From Octopus bimaculoides (taxonomy: Eukaryota), in assembly GCF_001194135.2 (NCBI RefSeq), contig NC_068983.1:110271254-110335253 (forward strand): a DNA stretch of 64,000 nt, given 5' to 3'. The notes beneath the pieces are model-generated. The model did no database searches. It saw nothing but the letters and a program-made list of their open reading frames with translations, and was not told where the DNA came from. Both the position numbers and the translations under genes were made by a program. Shown here piece by piece: positions 51,960 to 64,000 of the stretch. How positions within the stretch are numbered: position 1 is the first letter of the stretch; the number at the start of each line of letters is the position of its first letter.

Positions 51960-52405
51960 ATTTGTTTTTCAGTTTCAGACGGGTGTTTTTTTCTTTTGGT
52001 TTTGAATTTTGTGTAATATTTCGCACTGGGGTTGAGGTATTTAATGTTTTAAAGTTATAATTATTTTGTTGTTATTTGACCTTTGAAAATTTAGAAGATC
52101 TTCACCTATTTTTTTATTTCTTTTAACTTTTCTTTTATTTTTTATGTTTGTTTCTGTTGTTTTGCATCACTATGTTTTGCATCCTTGTTCGCTTACTATT
52201 TAGGTTTATTTTTTGATTTGGTTGAATCTTGGTTGTTTTTTTCATTGTTGGTCAGTTATTTTTAGCGTTTTGACAGAAAAGAAAGTCATTCTAAAATTGT
52301 TTTTTAACGTAAGCGTGCCCAAACAAGTCGAAAGCTTACACAGAGCAGGTTTTACAGCCACGTCATCCAAACCGACCGGGTGAAACCGGGCTTAGCTGTT
52401 AGTAT
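51960..52405 (-). mobile_element. Possible non-autonomous Helitron/Helentron-like element end
   Basis: Minus strand starts tactaacagctaagcccggtttcacccgg: ACTAR-like terminus followed by a GC hairpin (ccgg..ccgg); no Rep/Hel coding sequence; extent uncertain. Confidence 0.35.
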
Positions 52406-53387
52406 ATATATATATATATANNNNNNNNNNNNNNNNNNNNNNNNNNNNNNNNNNNNNNNNNNNNNNNNNNNNNNNNNNNNNNNNNNNNNNNNNNNNNNNN
52501 NNNNNNNNNNNNNNNNNNNNNNNNNNNNNNNNNNNNNNNNNNNNNNNNNNNNNNNNNNNNNNNNNNNNNNNNNNNNNNNNNNNNNNNNNNNNNNNNNNNN
52601 NNNNNNNNNNNNNNNNNNNNNNNNNNNNNNNNNNNNNNNNNNNNTGTACACGCACACACACACACAGGCATGTGCTGTTCGTTGAAGGAAAATATCAGAC
52701 ATACAGTAAAAAGACGATAAGACATGGAAAATCAGAAATCATCTCTTTGTATCAAGCTTTTAGTCTAGTTTGAATTCAATTCGAGTAGTCGACCTTTTTT
52801 AGGAAGATTAATTTAAATCTTATTAGAAATACCTTTTGCAGATTTATGAGAATATAAGCGATTTGAAGATACCAGAAATAGTTTTATGCTGTTAAATGAG
52901 ACAATAAATTTTCGAATATTGAGACATATAAAGTCGATTATTATCCAAACAACAGGAGAATTTGAAACAACGTAATCAGCACTTAATAAAATTAATAGTC
53001 TAAAAACTAGCAACTGAATTAGTCATATGTCAGAGTTGAACAACCACTATGTAACAGACCACATATAACTTTTAAAGGCCGCGACCAAAATGTTTCCTAC
53101 ACATGCCTGAAGATATTTAATCTTATTAAAACCAAATCGGTTGATTGAGTAATGTACCTAGCACATATAACCACAAGCCTCATAAAAATAACTAAATTAT
53201 TGATGAAGTAAATCACTGGTAAATGATACTGAATATTCAACAAAAATGGAAGTGTTTGGTGCTGGACACTGTATAGGAGATTGTCATGTCTATTCTCCAG
53301 GTTCTAAGAAGTTCAAGAGGCAAATCAAACAATCAGCAGTTTAGTTGGTAAGCTGACCCCATTCACTGTAAAAACAAGCGGGTCTGG

Positions 53388-53428
<41 letters not shown>

Positions 53429-53678
53429 ATTCTCACAAACATGCGCGCCCTTGTGCACCTCTGTTCGATGCAGTCACCGTTATTATTATTATTATAATTA
53501 TCTCCCTTCCATTCAGCCTCTTTTTCCGATCATCTCGTCATGCTGGGCCGTTTTTCTCCGTTTTTCCCCTCTTGATCACTTCTGTCAAAGAACGTAGGCT
53601 CGAGCGTTAAATTAATACATATGCTTCCTTGTTGATCCCACACCTGTCTTCGTCTTTTGTTTTCTTTAAATTTGAACT

Positions 53679-53820
53679 ATATGTATGTATGTATGCATGT
53701 ATGTATGTATGTATGGATGTACGTACGTATGTACGTACGTACGTACGTATGTATGTATGTATGTATGTATGTATGCATGTATGTATATATGTATGTATGC
53801 ATATGCCTGTATATATGTAT
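53679..53820. repeat. (ATGT)n tetranucleotide microsatellite with variants
   Basis: Direct sequence; similar tract at 61240-61320. Confidence 0.97.
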
Positions 53821-55269
53821 TAAAAATAAATATATTTCGTTACAAATCGCTTTAAAATTATGCAGATATGTTTCTGTAAGTGAGAATCATTTTGATTTTT
53901 CAGAACTGTTGCATACAAATTCATTGTACTGGCTGAAGTTCGCACAAAAAAATTAATGACATACCGAAAAATTCTTCCTATACATTTTCTAAAGTTCTCA
54001 TAGAAAATATTTTCTTATGAAAATTCGCTACTAATTTGATTTGCATAATTACTCTAAATAAATTGTATTTCTTATCAGTAATTCCTTCCAGTGTACATAT
54101 CAACGATTGATGATTCTACAATCTTCTAAGTACATAGAAACCCTTAATATGAAATTTTAGAAGAAATCACATAGGCTACGGAGATGTGTGTTTGCGTCGT
54201 ATGTGTGTGTATGTATGTATGCATGTATGTTGGCCTCTGTGTATATGTTGGAGTTTTATGAAACATGCAAAATTTCAAAACAAATGAAAGATTATTTCTG
54301 TTGCATTGCAATTCTAAACATGTACGTATTTCAAGGTATATTTGCTTAAATTACTATTATTGTTGCCACTTGCATGGAACACTGTTCCTATAAAATAATT
54401 ATACATTCAGAAATATTTTGAAAATTATACGTTAAGCGTTTTTAGTCTCTCTGTTTTCGTTGCTCAAGCTTTGTTTTATGAACAGAATAATAGATACTTA
54501 TATAAGATTGGGTCTAAACAACAAATTTCGTGTTTATTTTCAATGCAATTGCCTTAAAATATTTCGTCGACGAAGTTTCCTCCTTCGGAGACTGAGATAA
54601 TGATATGTTCTTTTAAAAATAAAAGTGAAAAATGTTTTACCCCTAGAGCCATTGATGATCTCAACAGCACGGAACAAACTAAACGCAATATAAATAAGAA
54701 TTGTTTACAATCTGAAGCTATCTTCCTTACTGTTACTTCATAGTTAGAACAAAAATCCGTGGCTCGGGAATGAGATTGATACGTATTCTATTATTGACAG
54801 GTTTTATTAGAAAGTCTTTTTGTTTGTATATCCTTAAATGTATATTTGATTGCATTGTTAGTTTTAACGTTAATATGATCTGAGAAGATAATAAAGAATC
54901 CATTCATAAAGATTATTTGAGGTGGGATGTGCTAAATGATAGGAAGTTGTGGCGTTGGTTAGTAGTATATTTATAGAACTAGAAACAAGATATAACGTAG
55001 ATCAAAATGGAACAAAGAAGTTTAAATGTAGGTCAAAGTAAAGGAATATAAAATTTAAATAGTTTCATAGACGCGACCAGGATATCTAGAATTTGTGATA
55101 TGCATAGGAGTTCATGTCGCTTTAAGGCAATAAATATAGATCGAATAAATAAAGTGACCAATTTGTAAATACCATAATGTTACTATTGAGCTTTTACAGA
55201 CACAAAGTTAGGTGTTGAAAAGGAGAAAGCTGAAGTGATTTTAATCACACAAAGTTTATGTTTTATATG

Positions 55270-56645
55270 ATGTTTATACTTAAAGATGTGTGGCCAGCGT
55301 ATATTTTATACTTTCTGTAAACTTTAATGTAAAATACCATATATTATTCATCCAACCTCTTATTTGCAGTACAGTATTTCATACATCAAGGATGTGTGAA
55401 AAACTTAAATGAAAAAATGAAGATACAAATGATAGAAACAGATGTTAAAAGCATGCAGCAGCTTATGTTGTTACATGTTTTTAACATTCAGTAAGCCTTG
55501 CTACCAGCTTCCACTAGTTAGAGTCTTTGCACATCCTTAGATATCCATGAGGCACATCTGAAAATATACATCAATTTTTTTCATTTGCTCCTTATTCATT
55601 CAAGTATTTGAATGCTTGATTGAACAATATATCTGTAATAATGATTTACGCTTTGAATTCCAGTAAATATATTATCCCTGATTTTGTCATTAGAGTTTTT
55701 TTGGCAAGATAAGGAATTTCTCGAAAGGCTTTTCTTCTAAAACCTAAAACTTTTACAAATTGATTTTTCTGTGAAGTAGGAGTAAACACATTTTCCTTGC
55801 ATCCACCCGATGCAGTATTTAACGTTCCTGACATAATTTCTGCTGCAAGGTGCCGCTAAGCGTAAAGAGCGTAAACATATCTTCTATTTAAAACAAAACA
55901 AATATCAATACATAATAGGTTCATCTTGCAAGCGAAGCGTACATGCGATCATCTTGAAATCTCTAAGTAAACATCTCAGAAGTATCCTGTATTGTTCAAT
56001 TTTGTAAATAGCTGTTTGGTAGTCATCCTTCACTTCCACTCGATGCGTATGAGGTAGATGTGGATAGTAGATAACACTTTATTAAAATTGCTTCTTTAAG
56101 ATTTCAAATGAAGTGTGGTCAATCGCCATTCCTCGAGGTCATTCTTCGATCCTACAGCAATAATTAAATCATTTACATCTTTCATATAACTCAGATCTCT
56201 ACTAGTACCAAAGTATAAAGCAAATTACGCATACTTTTCTGTAGATAATAGTCTTGTAAAAGTTTTATATCAAATTACGTCCTGTTATCTTTGATACAGA
56301 AGAACTTGATTTTTTCTCCTTCCTATAATTTTAAACATTAAAAATAGTATAACAACAGTCACCAGGATGATTCCTCTGCACTCCCGATACAGTAGGAATA
56401 TTTATGAGCATAAATTTTCACGCACACAATAACTCTCTTTTCAGAGAAGATCGATAACTTCCATATATTGCTTTTGGAACCCAAGGCCCATCACACCTAA
56501 AAAGAAGCTTTCTAAAGTGTAGTTTTTATGCTATCCAGAATTTTGATTCCTTTTACAATTTTATATGATGATGTCCTCTTGTTTCACACATGATATTTGG
56601 AAACATAACAGAATGCATCTGGCACTTGGTTTTTCTCTTTTTCAT
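55270..56645 (-). mobile_element. Chapaev-type (CMC superfamily) DNA transposase remnant, many frameshifts and stops
   Basis: Ordered minus-strand pieces: MKKRKTKC/PDAFCYV (~56606-56645); DGPWVPKAIYGSYRSSLKR; IPTVSGVQRNHPGDCCY; KDVNDLIIAVGSKNDLEEWRL; HRVEVKDDYQ...RDFKMIACTLRLQ; NQFVKVL...F...TKSGI; GYLRMCKDSN*WKLV. These parallel the PDxFCYxCG / DKxWAP / WREPxNHxxDCYFC / EWRLFID / GDFK / KQFVKAL / FLGN series I associate with Chapaev3 transposases. Confidence 0.7.
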
Positions 56646-59600
56646 ATTCTAAAAAGTGAAAATTAATAAATCTAAAAGAGAATTTGAAACAAATAGGTTT
56701 TAGATACATAGGCGAGAGAATTATTATCTAATACACTGTCAGCAAATCACAAAAAGAAGCAATTTGAAAGATGATGATGGAGAAAAAATAAGTAATCTTA
56801 GAATCAGTACTTTAGATTTAATTAGAGTGAAATGTTCCTGATTTATAAGAATCTTTCAAAATCTATTATGATTATTTGATTTTTATGTTCACCTACCAAT
56901 TGTAAGGTCATTTAATGCTAATGGAAATTAAAATAACTGACATACATTTCTTCAACGTTGATGATAAGTTTTAGTTTGTTATATTAGATATTAAAACTGG
57001 AATATTATGTATTAAGTTCGTATTTTTGTATGCGCAAGTAGTTATGCACACAGTGAGTGCATTGTTATAGAATATCTCAAGATGAACTACTAAACCTTAT
57101 TCTTCACAACATCCAACTAAGAAATGAACACTTGGAAGTCAGCATAGAAATCAACTTCCTGAAATTCACTAGCAAGGAAAGATTTCCCGAATTGTAGATT
57201 CTGTGGGAGAACGCACGTTTTTACAGTTTTAATCAAACAGAAAAAAAAGAGTGAAGTTACTTAAAATATGCGCGACTATCCATCATAAAAATATTACTTC
57301 TTCATGGAAAATATTTCAATAAAGCTGCATATTTTGATGGCTTACAACTAAAATAGAAAAAGAAATCGACAACATAATAAATATTTTTATATTGTTAAAT
57401 ATGTCAAATGCAAACTCATTATTGATACAGAAACAGAGTAAAAGCTCGAAGTTATTTTTTTATGTATTTACATGTATTGGAACAATGTTGAAGAAATTTT
57501 TATTATATAAAATGCGCTACTTTAAACTAATAAAACGCCGATGGCTTTAATCCAATAAAAGTTTCAATAATGAAACAACTTCCATAGATGCTGAATAATT
57601 AAATGCATCTATCAAAACGGAATTAATATATTTTTTTTAATTTGCTGAAAAATATTTTAGTTTACTGAGAATGTTATTAGAAGAGGAAAAACTTTTAAAG
57701 TTATATGTAATATATAAGCAAATTTTGTATAAATTCCAGCAAACTTAATGCAAATTCAGAATAAGAAAATATTGCAGAAATATATAAATATAGAATAAAT
57801 CTAAGTTTCGATATCTGAACACAAATTGTAAAAAAAGTATATCAAAATAAAAAAAGTAAACTATTTTGAAATGACAAATGAATTACAGGTTACTCTTTAA
57901 TGTAAGCTTTGGTGGGAACGGTTGAAACCGAATTTTGTAAATTTCTGCCTGTACGGGGTATGATTTTAACCTCCTGTGATTTATTTGTACCACTGTTAGT
58001 AGCATACAGTGTTTTATAATTTCTTGGCAGACAATTATTTAATCGATAAAATAAATGTCAGTCATACACGAGGGTTGATACAATCAACTAATCTGAATCA
58101 GGGTCAATAAATCAATATTTCTGCATAATATCGTGAAATTTGATTTTATTTTCGATTGATCTCCGAAATCGAATTTCCATTCGCTTTTGGATAGCTATTT
58201 TGCTTCATTAATGTCAATAAGTAATGTATGAATGTCACAACTTCCCAGTTACTATATCATGTTTGAATTACTGTCTAATTTTAGATAATTACTCAACATG
58301 TAATAAGTCTAAATATCAGCTCTGGACGTTTCTCTTTTACAAACTAAAATAACATCTGATACAAGTCGTTACATTGCTAACTATCTCATTTAAGAGATGA
58401 ATATGAATTGTTTTATTTCCTTGTTGTTTCTATCATCTTTCTGTCGATAGGTTTATTAGTGTGTGTGTCTGTATCTCGCAATCTGTGTCATATTTTTTTT
58501 AGTTTTATATTTATACTTCACTGCAATACCTGAATATCACTAAATACAAAACCTCTTTTGTTTTAATTCCCTGTCGTGCTATTTTCTGCAAATGGCAAAA
58601 AAGCGTCTGCAATGCTTTATTAAACATATTTTATAGTTCCCTTGTGTAATCATTGTTTTTCCTTGTTTTTCTATATTGCATCCACTTAAGGAAATATTCG
58701 ACTAAAGTTATATGCTTGATATTCCTCTTTCGTTTCTATTTCTTCGTTTTATGAAACAATCTATCGGTATGGAATATAGTATGAAGAACTCTTCGGTTTA
58801 AACATTTTCCATTTAATACCAATAACATTAGATCATTTAATTATTTTTTTCTTTCGAAGATATCATTTGTGGTAATGAAGAGCATTTTGTAACAGAAGGT
58901 ATTGATCAATCCTTTATATTGCTTAGAAAGTAGATAGCGTAAAATTGTGCAATGGAGAATGTGCAAAAACACAAGCTTCGCAAATTACAATTACCTGATC
59001 AGTATTTCAACTCCTCTTCTATACCTTTGTGTAATTTATTCTTCTTTTTCTCATGATAGATAAAATTTCTCTTGGTATCATTCCTAGCTCTTTATATTAT
59101 CCCTTGCAAGAAGGAAAAGTCTGTGACCATAAACTTTGTAATCTCTCCGAAATTAGTTACAATTATATATTATATGTTTAGATTAGGTAGTTACAAGTAC
59201 AGGCCAGTGTTATCTCAATTTATGTGGCTGGTTTAAAAACATAAAGGACACACTACTTAATGTAAACCCAGAAAAAAACATGAGTAAAATCGGAGCAACC
59301 TTGGCCAGGATGTATCTGATCATATGTCAGATGAATCGGAGCTAAACTTGAGCTAAAATAATCCACATAGTTTGGAAGGAAATTTCAATAGTTGATCTCC
59401 TAAAGAGTATAACCTCATGGACTACAGGTTAGATTACCACAGGAGAAACGAATATTATTCCAGTGGTCAGCGGATGTGGTACGCAATTCTCCTTCTGAGG
59501 AGTGTTGACTAGTTTTGTGGTGATAGAAGATGCTGAGTGAAAAAAAGGGTTTGGAATACACTAGTGACAGAAACCTTTCAATCGATCAGATAAATATTTT

Positions 59601-59724
59601 TATTTGAATTGTGGAGCATGTAATCAAAGATTTTGTTAGGAATTGTCACGTATGAAACTATGAAACACCAGAGTTATATGTTAGTAAGTTAGCGAGAGTA
59701 ATCCTGAAGGTGGTTTCCAATTTT

Positions 59725-59990
59725 AGCACAATACCAGCATTTCGATGGAGGGTAAGTTAAGTAAATCGACTCCAATGCTCAACTAGCACTTATTCCGTCA
59801 ACCCTGAAAGGCTGAACTTCAAAGTCAACGTCGGCGGAATTCGAACTCAGAGGTAAACACTGACAAAATACAGTTATGAATCTTGTCCGACGTACTACTT
59901 TCTGGTATATTGATTTCAAATTTTGTCACAAGGTCAGCAAATTCAGGAGAAGGGGCTAGTCGATTACATCGAACCCATCTGATATCAAAC
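59725..59990 (-). mobile_element. Two adjacent CORE-type SINE fragments
   Basis: aatcgactccaatgctcaactagcacttattccgtcaaccctgaaagg...ggcggaattcgaactcag; second tail cacaaggtcagcaaattcaggagaaggggctagtcgattacatcga. Confidence 0.65.
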
Positions 59991-60974
59991 AAACGATTCA
60001 GGTTCCAAAATATTGCAGGAGAGAAAAAAAACAATCATCACTCACAACTATGTGAACGGGGAATAAGTAGCATCAGAGCTTTAATCCTAAAAGAAGAATT
60101 GGTTTTTTTCCATTTTTCAGTGCTAGAGATTTGCACAAAGGTATGCAAAAAATTGTCTCGATCCTTGGTGTAGAGGTTTTTACAGATATGTGAGTATAAC
60201 ACTGCAGAGGTTTTTACAGATGAGTATATCACTGAAACTCCACTGGAAAACGAGAGAGTTTTTCGATTGTTTATCATGTGAAGAAACATACGATGTTTCT
60301 ATTTGAAAATACCCGGTATATTTATCTCTTCACTATCTTGTATAATACTACAAGAAAGCTGAGAACGTAACTTATTTCGATGAAACGTCAAACCGATGAA
60401 TGAAGAATACTTTTTGAAATATGGGAACTTATTTTAGGATATTCAAAATTTATTGTTTATCTCGGAAATAAATTTCCAAGTTTGTTGTAGTTGGATATTC
60501 CTCAACAAATTCAGATTAAAGTGTCTGTAAGAATTCACTAATACATATATTTTGTATAAAATTGCAACTAACTGCAATGGAATATCATAAGTTCTCGAGA
60601 CTCATCTCACGCAAGATCTGGAATTATTGATGTAAAGAGACACATGTTCTATAAAGAACCAATCAGACATATAGTTGTAAACTGATGAAAGACGTCCTGG
60701 TATCTAACTATACAAAGGCTTTAGAGACTACCGGATGATGTTAAATTTAGAAAGATCGCCTGCATTAGTTTAGAATATGTCACTCTACTCTCTCGTCTAT
60801 GCGATTTGGAACGAATGTTGTATATATATATGTACAATGACGTAGATGTATATCAGTGTGTGTATATGTATGCATGTATATACAATATGTAGTTACATGT
60901 GTATGTATAATGCAAAGAGGAAAAAACAGTGAAAGTAAGAAAGAAAAAAAAGAAAGAGAGAGGAAGAGAGAGAA

Positions 60975-61088
<114 letters not shown>

Positions 61089-61237
61089 GTAAATACTTTT
61101 AGAAAGAACGATAAAGATTGACACTATATATCTTATTGGAAGCATCAGTTCCATGAAGTGTAATGGAATTTCATGCAAGTGTTAAACCTCCATATGAATT
61201 GTTGCAACAGAACAATATGTAAAGAGTTGTTACATGC

Positions 61238-61270
<33 letters not shown>

Positions 61271-61320
61271 TGTATGTATGTATGTATGTATGTATGTATG
61301 TATGTATGTATGTATGCATG

Positions 61321-61351
<31 letters not shown>

Positions 61352-62366
61352 ATATATATGATTTTTTAAACTATTTCCTACATGTGCGTTCTGTTAAGCA
61401 ATCAGCATCACAAACTTGACGCATCTCTTTGGGAGCCTCGGCAGCTTTCTTGCCTTTCGGAAATAAAAAAAAGCAAAATATGGCGAAAATGTTCGTTTTT
61501 GTATCCCATGTTAAAACTGACACTGAACTAACAGCTGTAAATAAAATTACGCGCAATTTGCATCTAAAATAAACTAAAAGCAAAGGCTATCAAATGTCAA
61601 AAGGAAAAAAATTATGAAATTGACAAAAGTCATTAAAAAAAAACCGTAACTTTGTTTGCGAAAAACGAAATTACTTCCTTGCCAACCCAATATATTTAGA
61701 TAGATAGATAAATAGATAGATACTATCAATGTAAAGACAGAATCTCCACACAAGAAAGAATCAACAAGGAGAATCTTTTCATAGAGAAATTCCAACCATT
61801 TCTTAACACGCACACCCCTCAGTGACCATATTCCTCTATGAACAGACACAAACTTCCTGTTTGGAAAAAAAGAGTTCATAACTCCAACTAAAAACACTTG
61901 TCTCCCCTTACACACACTTCCTGTTTTGACACCACATTTCCTGCTTAACACAAACTTTTAACCCCTTTTTTAAAACCTAACAAAACCCTCAACCCTCATG
62001 CATCCTTATTTTTCCTACCAATTTATACATGAACTACTATTGAACTACAAAAGCTCAAAGACAGTATAATGAATGGGTATATTTATTTTTTNNNNNNNNN
62101 NNNNNNNNNNNNNNNNNNNNNNNNNNNNNNNNNNNNNNNNNNNNNNNNNNNNNNNNNNNNNNNNNNNNNNNNNNNNNNNNNNNNNNNNNNNNNNNNNNNN
62201 NNNNNNNNNNNNNNNNNNNNNNNNNNNNNNNNNNNNNNNNNNNNNNNNNNNNNNNNNNNNNNNNNNNNNNNNNNNNNNNNNNNNNNNNNNNNNNNNNNNN
62301 NNNNNNNNNNNNNNNNNNNNNNNNNNNNNNNNNNNNNNNNNNNNNNNNNNNNNNNNNNNNNNNNNN

Positions 62367-62410
<44 letters not shown>

Positions 62411-62639
62411 TTAATATTTAGCAGAAGCAACGGAGAAACTCAAAACCAATAATTTCGTGCGTGTGTTGGCACTTATCATTTGAAGGAAACTGAAACTAAG
62501 TGCAGAATTCCCCAAAACAGAAAAACGATTATCAGAAAAATAAAAAGAATAAAGAAGTTAAACTAAAACAACCTCACATAAATTCGACGGCTATCCCTCT
62601 GCTCGAATCAAAAAAATATAACCTCCAAAATTACATGAA

Positions 62640-63962
62640 GGCAATCATCAATAACCAAAGAACAGATGAGGGAAATGGGCCATTGAGAAAATCAAACTCA
62701 ACCCAAAGAAAAAGAAAACACAAGGTCACTTTCTGCGCTGGTGGACCTCTACTTGATGTAAATGGCACTCTCCAAGATAATGCTAAAACCATGAGTGAGA
62801 TACTGCAGAAGTAGCGCTGCTCTGTTTTTAGCAATCCTGATATGGCTAATCTGGACTGTATCAGTCATGTTAATCTTCAACACAATGTTTCGGACATAAC
62901 GTTTGGCGCCCTTGTTGTCTAAGTGGCAAAAAGCGAAATTAAACACAATTCAGCAGTAGGCCTGATAGGTTCCCTGCTTGTGTCCTGAAGGTGTCTCTAC
63001 ACCAACTTGCATCTCCGTTTGCTAATGTGTGGAGGAACTCACTGGATGCTGGTTATATTCTTCCAAAATTTCTGTTTCTAGTTTTCAAAACAAGGGAAAC
63101 AAGTCCCTTACAGTGAACTACCGGCAGATCTCGCTCATCTCTTATATTATCAAAGGCATTTGAGAGGGTGGTGAAATCACAGATAGCCCACTTTCTTGAA
63201 AGCAACAGACTGCATCACTTTCATGACATCTTGAGAGCTCTGGGAGATGGGTCGTATACTAATGTCATCTACATTGATTTCATCAAGGCATTTGACTGGG
63301 TGGATCATAAAATCCTCTTGAAATAACTATCCAACTTTGGTGTCTCTGGAAAGTTACTAAAATGGATCAAGTGTTTCCTGACAGACAGAACCCAAAACGA
63401 TGCAGTCGAAGTAGTAAAATCAAGCCGAGCCAATGTCAATAGTGGTGTTCCTCAAGGCTTCTTTCCATCATCTACATCAATGACATTACTGACATCATCA
63501 AGCACAGTAACATAAGAATCTTTGCAGATGATTCCAAGATCCAGAAGGTCATCAATGAAGTGGGTGACCAGGCATGCCTTCAGTTAGATCTACTGGCTAT
63601 CATTCAATAGGTGGAAAAGAATGATATGTTGCTGAACATGGACAAACTTGAATTAATCCACTTTGGAAAAGAGGATACTCTGACACTCCCATACACCCTT
63701 CCTTCAAGTGAAACTCGCATGGCATCCAACAACATCAGAGACTTGGGAGTAATTGTGGACATAATCTGGACCGCTCATATAAACAGTAAAGTTGCTATGG
63801 CCAGCAGAATGTGTTCCTGGATTCTCAGAACTTTCCAGTCAGGAGAAACCCACACCATTTTATTCTTCTCTACTTTTGCCCGACCCCATCTTGAATACTG
63901 TTGTCCACTGTGGTCTCCCCACACGAAACAAAGTATCATAAAAACTAAAGCACCCCAAAGGC
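62640..63962 (+). mobile_element. CR1-type LINE ORF2 fragment (RT), frameshifted with small deletions
   Basis: AIEKIKLNP; GPLLDVNG...MSEILQ; NYRQISL (~63115-63137); IYIDFIKAFD (~63266-63297); SGVPQG (63441-63458); FADDSK (~63520-63538); RPHLEYCCPLWSP (63881-63919). Confidence 0.9.
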
Positions 63963-64000
63963 CATATATGTATATATATGTATATATGCATATATATATA

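Noticed and set aside
53582-53608. Hammerhead-like ctgtcaaagaacgtaggctcgagcgtt
   Set aside because: Both CTGANGA and GAAA are broken at several positions; too degenerate to call.
55649-55857. Apparent spliced minus-strand exon RHLAAEIMSG...LEFKA, and similar pieces at 56445-56648
   Set aside because: Better explained as frameshifted blocks of the Chapaev-type transposase.

Overview
AT-rich, repeat-dense eukaryotic DNA from a short-read scaffold with 11 N-gaps, most bordered by microsatellites. The SINE families, microsatellite load and TAA-associated retroelements suggest an octopod cephalopod (Octopus-like); this is inference from recalled repeat families, not a search result. No intact host gene, RNA gene or CRISPR array is recognisable, and most ORF-track entries are microsatellite, gap or antisense artefacts. 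The window reads as an intronic/intergenic transposon graveyard: R4/Dong-type, RTE, CR1/L2-type and Penelope-like retroelements, a Ty3/gypsy gag-protease fragment, mariner, Merlin and Chapaev-type DNA transposon remnants, and many tRNA-derived SINEs. Best leads: a stack of retroelements inserted in (TAA)n arrays at 22.3-24.8 kb that includes a recognisable but core-mutated hammerhead ribozyme; frameshifted Merlin and Chapaev transposases missed by the ORF track; a five-hairpin array at 2.8-3.0 kb; an unexplained 340-bp diverged tandem duplication; a nested inverted repeat across a gap; and a few weak exon candidates. I found no convincing novel intact system.
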